This document shows, in pieces, positions 38,427 through 50,132 of a DNA stretch of 64,000 bases; positions within the stretch are counted from its first letter, which is position 1, and every line of letters begins with the position of its first letter. The translations under genes and the position numbers were made by a program. The notes under the pieces are model-generated. The model saw only the letters and a list, made by a program, of their open reading frames with translations. It had not been told where the DNA came from and made no database searches. Source of the DNA: Macrostomum lignano (taxonomy: Eukaryota); the NCBI GenBank assembly GCA_002269645.1, contig NIVC01000452.1, forward strand, positions 310,001-374,000, written 5' to 3'.

Positions 38427-38443
38427 ACAGCTCGGCGGCCGGC
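38399..38443 (+). promoter_or_regulatory. Putative -1 programmed ribosomal frameshift signal
   Basis: G GGA AAC in the gag frame (38399-38405), 6-nt spacer, 10-bp stem 38412-38421/38434-38443. Confidence 0.8.
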
Positions 38444-41400
38444 AACAACAGCAACCTGTTGCTCATTCCCGATGTGCTGACGGGCCGGCGTTTTCTGGTC
38501 GACACGGGCGCCGAGGTCAGCATCTTCCCTGTCACTGGCACCGATGCACGCCTGCGGTCCACTGGCCCGCCGCTTTACGCAGCCAATGGCAGCCTGATAC
38601 GCACCTTCGGCTCCCGGCAGCTCACGCTCGACCTCGGCATCAAGCGCTGCTCCTGGCCGTTCGTCTTGGCCGAAGTCTCGCGCCCGCTGATCGGCGCGGA
38701 CTTCCTCCGACACCACGGCCTGCTGGTGGACCTGCCGCACCGGCGGCTCCTGGACGCTTGCTCGCTCGCCAGCGTGCACCTGCTGGACGGCATCGGGCCT
38801 GGTCTGCAGCTCGCCGCGGCTGCCACCGCGGACCCGTACAGCCAGCTGCTGGCCGAGTTCCCCGCTCTCACCGAGCCCAGTTTCCAGCGGGCTGCGCCAC
38901 GGCATGGGGTGGAGCACCACATCCCGACGCAGGGCCCGCCGGTCCACGCCCGCCCTCGCCGCCTGCCGCCGGACAAGCTGGCGGTGGCCAAGGAGGAGTT
39001 CCGGCTCCTGGAGTAGCTCGGCATCGTGCGCCGGTCCAACAGCCCGTGGTCCTCACCGCTGCACATGGTGCCCAAGGCCTCGGGCGGCTGGCGTCCCTGC
39101 GGCGATTTCAGGCGGCTCAACGACGCCACGGTGCCCGACCGCTACCCGGTGCCGCACATTCAGGACTTTTCAGCGCGCCTGACCGGGTGCTCGGTTTTCT
39201 CCAAGATCGACCTGGTTCGCGGCTACCACCAAGTGCCCGTGGCTGCGGCCGATGTGCCCAAGACCGCCGTCATCACCCCGTTCGGCCTCTTCGAGTTCCT
39301 GCGAATGCCGTTCGGGCTCAAGAACGCCGCCCAGGCCTTCCAGCGGTTGGTGGACTCCGTCTGCCAGGATCTCGACTTCGTTTTCGCCTACATTGACGAT
39401 TTCCTAGTCGCCAGCTGCAGCCCGCAGCAGCACCTGGAGCACCTGCGCACGCTGTTCCAGCGCCTGGCGGACAACGGTCTGATCATCAACCCGGCGAAGT
39501 GCGAGTTCGGCCGCAGTGAGATCGACTTCCTCGGCCACCGGATCAGCGCCCAGGGAGCCGTGCCGCTGCCCGCCAAAGTCGACGCCATCGCCAGGTTCGC
39601 GCCGCCAGCCACCGTCAAGGGCCTGCAGGAGTTCGCCGGCATGGTGAATTTCTACCACCGCTTCGTGCCGCGCGCCGCCCAGCTGCTGCGCCCCATCCAT
39701 GCGGCCACTGCTGGCAAGGAGAAGCTCGTGAGGTGGACACCCGAGCTGACTGCCGCCTTCGAAGGAGCCAAGCGGGCACTGGCTTCCGCCGCACTGTTGG
39801 CGCACCCGCGGGCCGACGCGCCCATCGCCCTCACTGTCGACGCCTCGGACACCGCCGTCGGCGCAGCGCTCGAGCAGCGGGTGGGCGGCGCGTGGCAGCC
39901 GCTCGCTTTCTTCAGCCGGCAGCTCCGAGCGCCTGAGCAGAAGTACAGCGCGTTCGACCGTGAGCTGCTTGCCCTGTACCTGGCGGTCCGGCATTTCCGC
40001 TACGCGCTCGAGGGCCGCGCCTTCACCGCCTTCACGGACCACAAGCCACTCGTCGCGGCCATGTCTAAGATGTCGGACCCGTGGTCAGCACGACAGCAGC
40101 GGCATCTGGCGTACGTGTCTGAGTTCACCACCGATGTCCAGCATGTGGCGGGCAAGGACAACCCGGTGGCGGACGCGCTGTCCCGCTGCACGATCGCCTC
40201 GGTACAGCCCCGGCTGCTACCCGGTGTGGACTTCGCGGCCATGGCGCAGGCGCAGACAGCAGACCCGACTGCCCAAGAGGACGCTAGCCTTCAGCTCGAG
40301 CCGCTGCAGCTCAGCCCTGGCGTCGCCCTGCTGTGCGACATCTCGACCGGCCGGCCGCGCCCGCTGGTGCCTCCGGATTTCCGCCGCGCCGTCTTCGACG
40401 CCATCCACGGCCTCGCCCACCCGTCAGTCCGCAGCACGCGGCGCCTCGTGGCCGCCAAATTCGTGTGGGCTAGCATGAACCGGGACGTCAGCGGGTGGGC
40501 GCGCACTTGCGTAGCCTGCCAGACGGCCAAGGTGCATCGGCACGTCACCGCCCCGGTAGAGAGCATTCGCGTCCCAGACCAGCGCTTCGCCCACGTGCAT
40601 GTCGACTTGGTGGGGCCGCTGCCGTCGTCTCAAGGCTTTACGCATCTGCTAACGATCGTTGACCGATTCACCAGGTGGCCGGAGGCGATCCCGATAACTG
40701 ACACTTCCGCCGCAGCCTGTGCCTCCGCCTTCATCGCCCACTGGGTTGCCCGATTTGGCGTGCCGGGTGACCTCACCTCGGACCGCGGCTCGCAGTTCAT
40801 GTCGCAGCTCTGGTCCAACGTCTCCCGGCTGCTCGGCATGCAGCTGCACCGGACTACGGCCTTCCATCCGCAGGCGAACGGGCTGGTCGAGCGGTTCCAT
40901 CGGCAGCTGAAGGCCGCCCTCAGGGCGCGGCTGACGGGACCGGCCTGGGTCAGCGAGCTGCCCTGGGTGCTGCTCGGCATCCGGACGGCGCCCAAGGAGG
41001 ACCTGCCGGCATCGTCGGCTGAGCTGGTTTACGGAGCGCCCCTCTGCGTGCCCGGCGAGTGCCTGCAGCCCGGCCCGGCAACCGAAGGCCACGACCAGTT
41101 TCTCGTTCGGCTCCGCGACGCAGTCCAGGCGTTCCGGCCGACACCCACGGCGCATCACGGCTGCCGCCCGACCGCCTGGCCCGCCGCACTCGATGCCTGC
41201 CCGTTCGTGTTCGTCCGGCGCGACGGTCACCGAGCCCCGCTGCAGAAGCCGTATGACGGCCCATTCAAGGTCCTCGAGCGGGACGCCAAGACTTTCCTGC
41301 TCGACCTGGGGACGCGCCAGGACCGCGTGACAGTCGACAGGTTGAAGCCGGCCATCATCGACTCGCGAGAGCCGGTCCCGCTGCCATCTGTACGACCGAG

Positions 41401-41524
41401 AGGCCGCCCGCCTAAGCGGCCTGTACCACCCTCGGCCGCCGCCGACAGCCAGCAACCCCAGGCCGCCCTCCCCAGCCGCCGGCAGCCGCCACGCCGGTGC
41501 CGCCGAACGGTTTTCGACACATAG
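38399..41524 (+). pseudogene. pol: Gypsy pol (protease-RT-RNase H-integrase) in the -1 frame, with an in-frame TAG at 39014-39016
   Basis: FLVDTGAEVS (PR), FAYIDD (RT), VDAS..ELLA..TDH (RNase H), H..AH..C..C zinc finger and DLVG..DRG..E (IN). ORFs 38336-39016 and 39026-41524 share one frame. Confidence 0.92.
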
Positions 41525-41544
41525 CTCGGTGCTGGGGGGAGCTG

Positions 41545-41798
41545 TGTGGCGGCCCAATCAGCACGCAGCCAGCGATTGCGAGTACATCTGCACTGAAACC
41601 CCCTGCCCGCCAGGCTGGGGGGTGGGTGTACTCGGACAGACAGTCAGTATGCTAAGTCGGGGGGGTTGGCCTTCAATCGTGCCACCTTTTTGGCGCACCT
41701 CCCCATGTGATCGCGTGCTTATTTATACTTACCGCGTAAAGCAAATAAACTTTCACGTTTCTCGCTTGCAACTTACTTCGTTTTCGCAAGCCGCTAAA
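41545..41798 (+). repeat. 3' LTR (254 bp)
   Basis: Preceded by the polypurine tract, followed by TSD ATAC. Confidence 0.95.
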
Positions 41799-42129
41799 AT
41801 ACTCATATTATCTCAAAGCTAGGATCAAAGTTGCAAATAGCTGCACCTTACACATCCACTGGTATCAATGGTCCACCATTTCTCAAAAAAACATTCTATA
41901 GATATTCTTCAACCATATAAAAAGCACATTTCTTATTGATATAAGGATTATAGATCTTAAATCTATAAGCTTAAGCTATCTAGCACTAAGTCAGTATCAT
42001 TTATTGCAAATAGCCTGCAGTTGTAGCAAGAATTGAATCTGCTAATATGTTGATTATTATTTCAAAGCATTTTTATTATAGTAGTTATTGAGCCATTTTA
42101 TTTGCACACCCGTGCAAATAGTGCTCACA

Positions 42130-45040
42130 CCTCCTGGCATCGCGGCCAGATCATCAGGCCGCGGATCACCTCGGTTGGCTCGGACGGCCGCGCTTCGGCT
42201 GCGGCAGCAAAGCTCAGCACAGCAGGGACTGGCAGAGGTCAGCGCAGCGCACAACGCCGCACTGAGCGGCGGCGCGAGCGCAACCGGCGAAGGCGACTCC
42301 GTGGCGCGGCCAGGCGCCTGTTGTCCCCAATCCCTGCTATTTTAACTATGGATCCGCCGGGTGGCGCCGGGGACCATGAGGCCAACCTCCATCTGGCCCC
42401 AGCTGTACCAGGTGGCCGCCTCAGGCTCGGCACGGTGAACTGCTGAACTCTGAAGGCCCCCTGGCGTTGCACCATTCTCGTCCAGCTGGCCCACGACCTA
42501 CAGCTGGACCTCGTCTCGCTGCAGGAGGTCTCTATCGTGGCTGAGCCGGGGCTCCACTCTGAGGACCTCGAAGCCGGCTGGAGCCTCCTGCACACGTCGG
42601 CAGACAACCGCGGCCGGGGCGGTGTCGGCGTACTGATCGGACCGCGCCTCCGGCAGAGCGTGCACTGCATCTCGCTGTCCCCGCGACTGATGCGGGTCGA
42701 CCTGCGACTGCGCGCCCGCTGCATCCGGCTGTTCTGCGCGTATGCACCCACCGCTGCTCACCCCGAGGAGGCTCGTGCCTTCTTCGACTTCCTGGCTGGG
42801 CAGCTGGAAGAGGTGCCAAACCGCGACACGCTGGCAGTGCTCGGAGACCTGAACGCAGTCCCGCAGAGGTCCGAGCGCTCGCCCTTTGTCGCGGGACGCG
42901 AGAACGCCAACACCGATGCGCTGGAGGACCTGCTTGACCGGCTGGATCTGGTGTCCGCGAACACCCAGTTTCGCAAGCCCCCTGCCCGCCTGGTCACCTT
43001 CGTCGGCGCGCTTGGAGACCAGCGCGAGGCGGAGTATTCCGACATCAGCGCCGCCGTTAGAGCCGCTGCAGAGCAGACGGTCCCGCTGATGCGGCCAGCG
43101 CAGAAATCGTTGCCTGTCTGGCAGAGCGACCCCATCATCAGGCAGGCGTGGCTCAACATCGAGCGATTCCGCAGAAACCGGAGGTCAACAGGCGACGCTG
43201 AAGACGCATTTGAGCGCCTTCTTGACGAGCGGCAGCAGGCCGCTGTCGACGACGCCATAAGGTCCATCACTGCAGCCGGCCCCGACGTGAAGAGCCGCGC
43301 AGTGTGGACGGCCGTCCGGACTCTGACGGGACGCAAAAAGCGCGTGGCGCTGAACCTGGCCAGCGACACCCCGGAGGAGCGCAGGAATGAATTGCGCGAC
43401 TTCTTCGCCGGCATCGTGAACGCGCCCACGTCGCCGCTGCCCACCAGCTTTGCGCTCCCACTGGACACGCCGCTCCCAGCTGAGGACTTCTGCACCAGCC
43501 CAGTCACCACGGAGGACGTTGTGCTGTACGCTCGGAAAACATCAGGCGGCAAGGCGCTCGGCCCCGACGAAGTCCCAGTCGAAGCGCTGCGGCTCCGCTG
43601 TGTGGCCTCCCAGGTCACAGGCGTCATGAATTGCGTGCTGGCCGGCGCTCCTGCACCTACCGAGTGGACCGTCGCGCACATCGTGCCGATCCCAAAAAAA
43701 GACAGGGACAGCGCGGAAGGAAGACCACCGCGAGATCTCGCTGATGTCCTGCACCGCGAAGCTCTTTAACCGGCTGCTGCTCGATCGTCTGCAGTCGGTG
43801 CTGGACCCGTACCTGCGGTACGAGCAGAACGGATTCCAGCCGCAACGCGGTACAGTGACACAGATCCACCGTGTCATCGAGGAGGCGCGCATCCGCCAGT
43901 CTACGCTGATCATTGTCTTCGTTGATTTTCGAAAGGCGTTTGACTCGGTGCTGAGAGCCGCGCTCCCCTTCGTCCTTCGAGCCTACCGGGTACCCCAGCA
44001 GCTAATCGACGCTGTCATGGCGCTGTATTGCGATACTCGAGCTGCTGTGGTGACGGCGGACGGCCTGTCTGACCTGTTCGATACTTCATCAGGAGTTCTG
44101 CAAGGCGACACGCTAGCGCCGTTCCTCTTCGTGCTGCTGCTGGACTGGGTGCTTCGGACCGCACTCCCCTCGGCTAATGACGGCTCGGTCACCGCCACGG
44201 CAAAAAGCGCCTAAGCGTGCTTGGCTACGCCGACGACCTCGCCCTATTGTCCTCGTCCGTTGAAGGCGCCCAGCGCCAGATCGACAGGTTGGTCGAGGTG
44301 GCATCGAGCGTCGGTCTGATCGTCAACACGCTGAAGACCGTGGTGCTGACTGTGCCGGCCGACATCCCAGCGGACCTGACGTGCCGCGGCGCAGACGGGC
44401 AGACGACCAGCTTGCACGCTGCCAGCGGTTCACCTACCTCGGCGGTCTGGTGCCCCACGTGGAAGAGTACCTCCGGCGGCGCAGAGGACTTGCCTGGGCG
44501 GCCTTTCATTCGATCCGAGCCATCCTCTAGTCCGAAGCGCTGCCCGACCGCCAGAGGGCTCGGCTGTGGCAGGCGGTGGTCGAAACCATCCTGCTATACA
44601 ACGCCGAGACGTGGACGCTGACGGCTACGCTAGAGCAGCAGCTGGACTCGGCGCACTCAGAGCTGCTCCGTGCGGCCTTTCGAGCTGACGAGAGCGTCGG
44701 GACCGAGGCCCTGTACGATCGGGCCAAGCTGCAGCGCCTGTCCATCATTCTGCGCCATGGCAACCTCAACTGGCGGGTCACATGATCCAGGCTGAGGGCT
44801 ATTGCCCCCAACCTGTTCAGGATGTCCTGCTGCTCACCTTGCAGGGTCCATTCAGGCGGGGTCATGCCCAAACCTGTCGATATGTGGACTGCCTGCTGTG
44901 TCACACTAGGGCACCTGACACTGTCAACGGAGAAGACTTTGTTTGCTCCCAGGCTCTGCGGCGCGCCATTTGACATGCCCTGCTCTAACTGTATCTATGC
45001 ATGCAGGGTCGCGTATTTGTTGTTTGTTGTTGTTGTAGTA
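42130..45040 (+). mobile_element. Decayed non-LTR retrotransposon (APE endonuclease + RT, RTE-like)
   Basis: RLGTVNC*TL, DLVSLQE, GGVG, AYAPT and GDLNA (APE); DFRKAFDSV, GVLQGDTLAPFLF, YADD and FTYLG (RT). Stop at 42444, frameshifts near 43695, 44200 and 44400; (GTT)n-like tail at ~45015-45040. Confidence 0.9.
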
Positions 45041-47161
45041 TAGTAGACTTATGATGCCATTTTAGCAAATAAACTTGGATAGCATTTTATATAAAACAAA
45101 AAACTACTCTAACTTTTATTGCAAATTTATATTGATGCATTGTTGTAACTTGAATTGAATAAATTAATGTAACTAAAATAATGTTATAATTAAATAATAT
45201 ATCTCTACCAACTAGATATTAAAGATAATATTAAAATAATTCTTTATTCAAAGAGACTGTTTCAAATATAGCTTATTAAAAAACAAAAAATGATAGCCAC
45301 AGTTGCTTTGTTTGTATTCGCTATATTAATTCCTTTGTTTTTATTAATAAAAATTAAATACTAGAATAAATAATTATAAGTTAAATACTTTAGATATAAA
45401 TAGTTTCATATATAATCATTGTTTTTAAAACCATATGATTTTCATTTATATGCTAACCAAAGACAATAGACTTGATAAAAATAAATAAATTCTAAACATG
45501 GTCTAAGAAACAATAAGCTTAGTGTACTGTAGCATAAGATTTAATCAGTTTATTACAATATATATAAATAACTTCTCAAAAGTTAAAAAATATTTGTTTT
45601 ATGATAATAATGATTGCTAAAGCCAAAAAAATATTTAAGATAGTTTTGGCAAACAAGTAAACAATCTTTTAACAGTCTTGTTTCATTTTTATTTTAAAAA
45701 GACCCTTTCCTATGAATCCTATCTAGTACTAGCAGCGACAATGGGATATCCTAATTTATCTAATAATTAAAAATGCAATGACAACATAATGTATAGGCTA
45801 GTCTAGACAATTGATTAATTTTAGGATGATCATTTTTACCCAACTACTAGGCCATTTTAACTAGGGCCTAGCAGTGGATTTAAATATTTTAAATGCCAGA
45901 AAAGGTACAGACAATACAAAATCAGTTGGACCTATTGTTAAGTTCCCATCTAGTTAAGTTCTTATCTTATCTATTAGTTTACATTAGATAAGCAAAAACG
46001 CTTTGTTTTGGGGAACAATGAAATAAAAGCGATTCTAATTTTCAAAGAGGAACTTCCTTTTGAGCTTTGTAGCTCTCATTTCAGCCTAGCTCTGGGTCAG
46101 AAGAAGTCGTCCATTCACATGGCCCTATCGGTTTGTGTTGCTGGATTGCTTTCCAGAAAAGAAACCTGTAATTTCCTAAGTTGAACTGTGAAATTATCAA
46201 CAAAAAAGTGAATTACAAAAAATTTATGCGTTTTCAAAAAAGCAATTCTAAAAATGCAGGTTGCACAGCCTTAATAATATAAAATAAGAAATAATCCGCA
46301 CTTATGAAGTCGATCTTTATTTTATAGAGTATGTTTTGTTATATCGGCGAAAGTTTTATATCTAGATTACTTAAATTGCATCATGTCACATGACACGTGC
46401 AGAGCTCGTTTTATTCTGTTCTGTTCATTTATCGTTATCGGTAATGTTAATCCTGACAATCGTAGTACGATTTTGTTGGCGTCTATAGGTGAGTCACGCA
46501 AAAAATCTAACCGCATCTGATGCTTTTATATTATAGAAAATATTGTACGGCGTACTCGCACAGCTTGGTACAATTGGAGCCTCATGCAGGAACATTGCCT
46601 CATGCAATGCATGGGCGGGGGAAGCCTTGTGGCACCGGGGAACTTGCCCCCCAAAACAGAAAGCCTATGCGGCACACAATACATTCTGTGCGCCCCTTGA
46701 ATTTACCCGTAATGAATTTTTTTTCAAAAATTGCATCGTTTACTAGCTTCAATCCTTTTTTAAATTTAATTTTAGTCCCTTTAACAACCGCAAATTTCGT
46801 TATTTCATTGTCTTTTTTATCTAAAAATGGAGATTCGATTACTTCACTTCTTAGCTCAAGAGCCTAAACAAAGTCCTGGAAAGTACTTTTTTGCCCTACC
46901 TCCAAGCAAACTAGCTGTATTCCCTATTTTGCTATTTTTCAAAAGCATCTAAAAACGAGGCGTTTACTGGTCCACTCTTATATATCCCACCATCCTAGTT
47001 GGGCTCCCTATACAATGTACATGGAAAGCAAAGCAATGTACATGATTTTAGAGCAGACAGAGAAGTCTAACTTCTTTGAGGAGTGTAGTTTTAATTTGAC
47101 TAGTACTAAAAAGTGTAATGAGCCACTATGATTATTGTTTGGTTCTCTCTCTAGTTAGCAG

Positions 47162-47596
47162 CACAGATACTAGAATAACTAGATATGTCACTCGCAATTA
47201 AAGTTGTGAAAAAGTAGAGCCTCTACTTTTTTTCAGTAGTTGTCTGCGTTAATGTAATTTAAATTTGATGTAAAAGGTAAAATTCCTTTCTTTCCTCAGG
47301 GCTTGCGGCCTCAAGAACATATGGGGTTAAGAATGAACAAGCATTTGTTAACTCAATATACACAAATGAATGCAAGATAGACAAAACTTAGCCTGGGGGG
47401 GCAGGCCCAATCTAGCTCAGCCAATGAGAGAGCAATAGAGAGATGTCTAGGTGCCAACACTAATTCTCTCTTGCTCTCTATGCCAAGCACTGAATTTGCC
47501 AAGCACTGAAGGCAAAAAACGCTAATTTTGCTACTGACAAAATAGTAGAGAAACACATTTTTGCAAGTGACACATCTAGTTATTCTAGTATCTGTG
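47162..47596. mobile_element. hAT-type MITE, 435 bp
   Basis: 30-bp TIR CACAGATACTAGAATAACTAGAT(A/G)TGTCAC; exact 8-bp TSD GTTAGCAG at 47154-47161 and 47597-47604; no ORF. Confidence 0.9.
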
Positions 47597-48229
47597 GTTA
47601 GCAGTTTCTCTCGGAAGTCCGAAGTATAGTGAATTCCTCACTGTGCAATGGGTCCATGTTTATAGCAGAAATCATGCGCTCTGGGATCCTTGCCTTCTCT
47701 AAAGGCTAAAGCAAACACTATATAATAGCATCAGTTGCTAAAAATAGCAACAGCGTCATGCAATCTGGCAATGGGGATCTTGTGTGAGGTGGTGCAATAG
47801 TTTCCTGCCTATAAATGCGAACCCTATCAAGCTTTGTTTCCATGAAGGTCAAGGAGGTTTGTTGGTCTAGTTCTATTCTTCCTCTCCAGTAAACGCAACT
47901 GCCCAATTTCTCCTATTGTCTCGACTCAGTTCTCATCCTAAACTAAAACCTCTGAGTCTGCTCTGAGGCTAACATCGCCCTCTCAGCTACCCTCTCAGCC
48001 CGGCAGGATCTGCTGACCAGTAGTCTGAAATTGCAAATCCGTTGTGTTCGCTTGTCTTGTTTATTTCGTTCCGACCGGATCCTCATCTCACCAAAGGTTG
48101 AGAGTCGAGACCTGAAGGGACTGGTGGCAGCAACTACCAACGCTACGGATTAAGAAGGCTCCTGGCGAGAGAGAGAGAGAAAGCCCGAGACAACCCAAGC
48201 AGCGCAAACAAACCCCAAGAGCCCTGTGC

Positions 48230-48281
48230 TAGTGCTCTAGCCTGAGTAACACAGGTACAACACTGGTGACAGTGGTGGGAT
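48230..48281 (+). mobile_element. Possible LTR-end/PBS remnant
   Basis: ..tacaaca-c-TGGTGACAGTGGTGGGAT resembles the tRNA-Leu PBS (TGGTGGCAGCGGTGGGAT); no partner LTR or gag found. Confidence 0.3.
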
Positions 48282-50132
48282 ACTGAAAACCTACCAGGCC
48301 ACCCAAGACAACCTCCAAAGTGACTTCAATAAAATTAAGTTTTCAGCACAGCTACTTCGAAACATTTCCTTGGCTTCATTGGGATGACGAAAAAGAGAAG
48401 TTGTTGTCTACCTGCTGTGTCACGATGTATACTATAAGTCTGTTAAAGTTTTGCTCCAAACCAGACCTTGCATTCTGACCTTGGAGAACAAACTTCTTTG
48501 CGGCATGGAAGGGGCGCCTTCAGCCTGATGTCCAAAATCGTCTAATCTAAAGCAAGCTCGGTTAGGTTTACTTTACCGAGTACTCAAAGTATTTTCTGTC
48601 ATTTTATAACTTCATTAGACCGTTTAGAGACCAAGCTCGTACGTATATACAGCCAGTTTAATCGTACTTTGTGTAAAGGAAGGAAGTGTACACAAAAACC
48701 CTATTGTCACGATTATTGGTGTTGAGGCTATGACCCTTAGAAGGGCCGTTTTACGAGAGTTGCCGTAAGTCGTAGTCCCAAAATGAATCGAGTCAAGTCT
48801 TGAGAAGCGGATTGTGTAGCGGAGCACTTGGCATACAAGGCAGGTAACTGCCGTAGTTGTTTTAATGTTTAAATCAATATTCAAATTTGGTTAACGTTAA
48901 TACAGAACTTATTGTACTTTTGGGACACTGGCGGCTGCAACAATGGTTTTGAATTGAAGGGGAATTAGAAATTGTAGTCGAGCGGTAGGTGAGTGATGCA
49001 GGGCGATGCAACGTGGTGAGTAGCGGCGATGAGCACAGAAGAGGCAGATGCGTAGTGGTGAGATTGGCGTTAGCCGTGGCAGACAGTGGCAGTGTAAACA
49101 GGCTGGCCCAGACAGCGGAGCCGTGGCGAGAGATAAGGAGGCAGACAGAAGGCAGGAGAAGGAAAACAAGAGCCGCGAAGAACAGAAAAGTGAGGAGTGC
49201 CCGCCGCCAGGCGGGGGGTTAATAAAGAGCGCAAAAGGGGGGAGCGTAAAACACGGAGAGTTTTCATTGGCTGGCGAGAGAACTTGAAATTATCGATCGT
49301 GCCAAAATTCACAGGCGAGCGCGAGGCCTACCAAATACACAGTGAATTAGCAATTGATACAGATTACTTGCACGCTACTATAAGTAAACGTTAAAATAAA
49401 CTATTGGAGAAATTAATATGAGAAATTGCAAGGGAAACTATAGTCCAACGGCCCTTTTTCGGGACCACTTAAACTAGCAACGTCACACCTATAAACCCGA
49501 TACTTCCGAAACGAAATTCATCTCATCCATCCTATCTGAATTTACAATACACATAGATTCTGTCCATCTGTTTACACTCATACGGACGATGAACACTCGA
49601 AGTCTAACTCTAAACCTCTCACTGTACAAGGAATTCTCTACAATTTACTCTACGAGCTACTATAGCTATAGTAGGAAGGGCATAGAAGAGGCGCCCTGTG
49701 TTCAGTAACATTTGTTGGCTTTTTAAAAAGTTATTCAACTAGTCCAGATTTTTTGGTTAATATCGGACTAAACTCAACGCCAGGAGCTTCTCTTTCTTGG
49801 AAATTTCAAGCATTGAGTCACGCATGTACGAAAAAGGGAACTACATGTACGCTCTTGCATGTAGAAATGCACGCCAATTTAATGTACAACAGCAGTGTAC
49901 TCGTATTTTCGTCTCTCTATCCACTATGCTACATTTCTACACCCGACCCCACAAACTGTACAAAGGTGCTGTACTAATATAGCTAGAAGCAAGAAAGGAA
50001 GAAACTCTTTTGCGGGGTAGCTATTAATACTGCAGACGGTACGAGCTAGAATAAGTAGATTTTTTGGTTTCAACTTCTTCAACAGTGTTCACAAGACTGA
50101 CATATTTCTAAAACATAAATTGCAGCAACAAA

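Larger units (their letters stand above)
37640..41798 (+). mobile_element. Ty3/Gypsy LTR retrotransposon, full structure, young but defective
   Basis: LTRs 37640-37892 and 41545-41798; TSD ATAC at 37636-37639 and 41799-41802; PBS TGGTGAGCCCGACA at 37894; PPT ggggggag at 41534-41541; domain order gag, PR, RT, RNase H, IN. Confidence 0.96.

Noticed and set aside
38057-44976. Many antisense and off-frame ORFs over the Gypsy and LINE
   Set aside because: Shadow ORFs of GC-rich coding sequence, with no motifs of their own.
42077-45044. tatagtag at both sides of the LINE as a TSD
   Set aside because: A short AT-rich match, offset from the apparent 5' boundary; plausibly chance.
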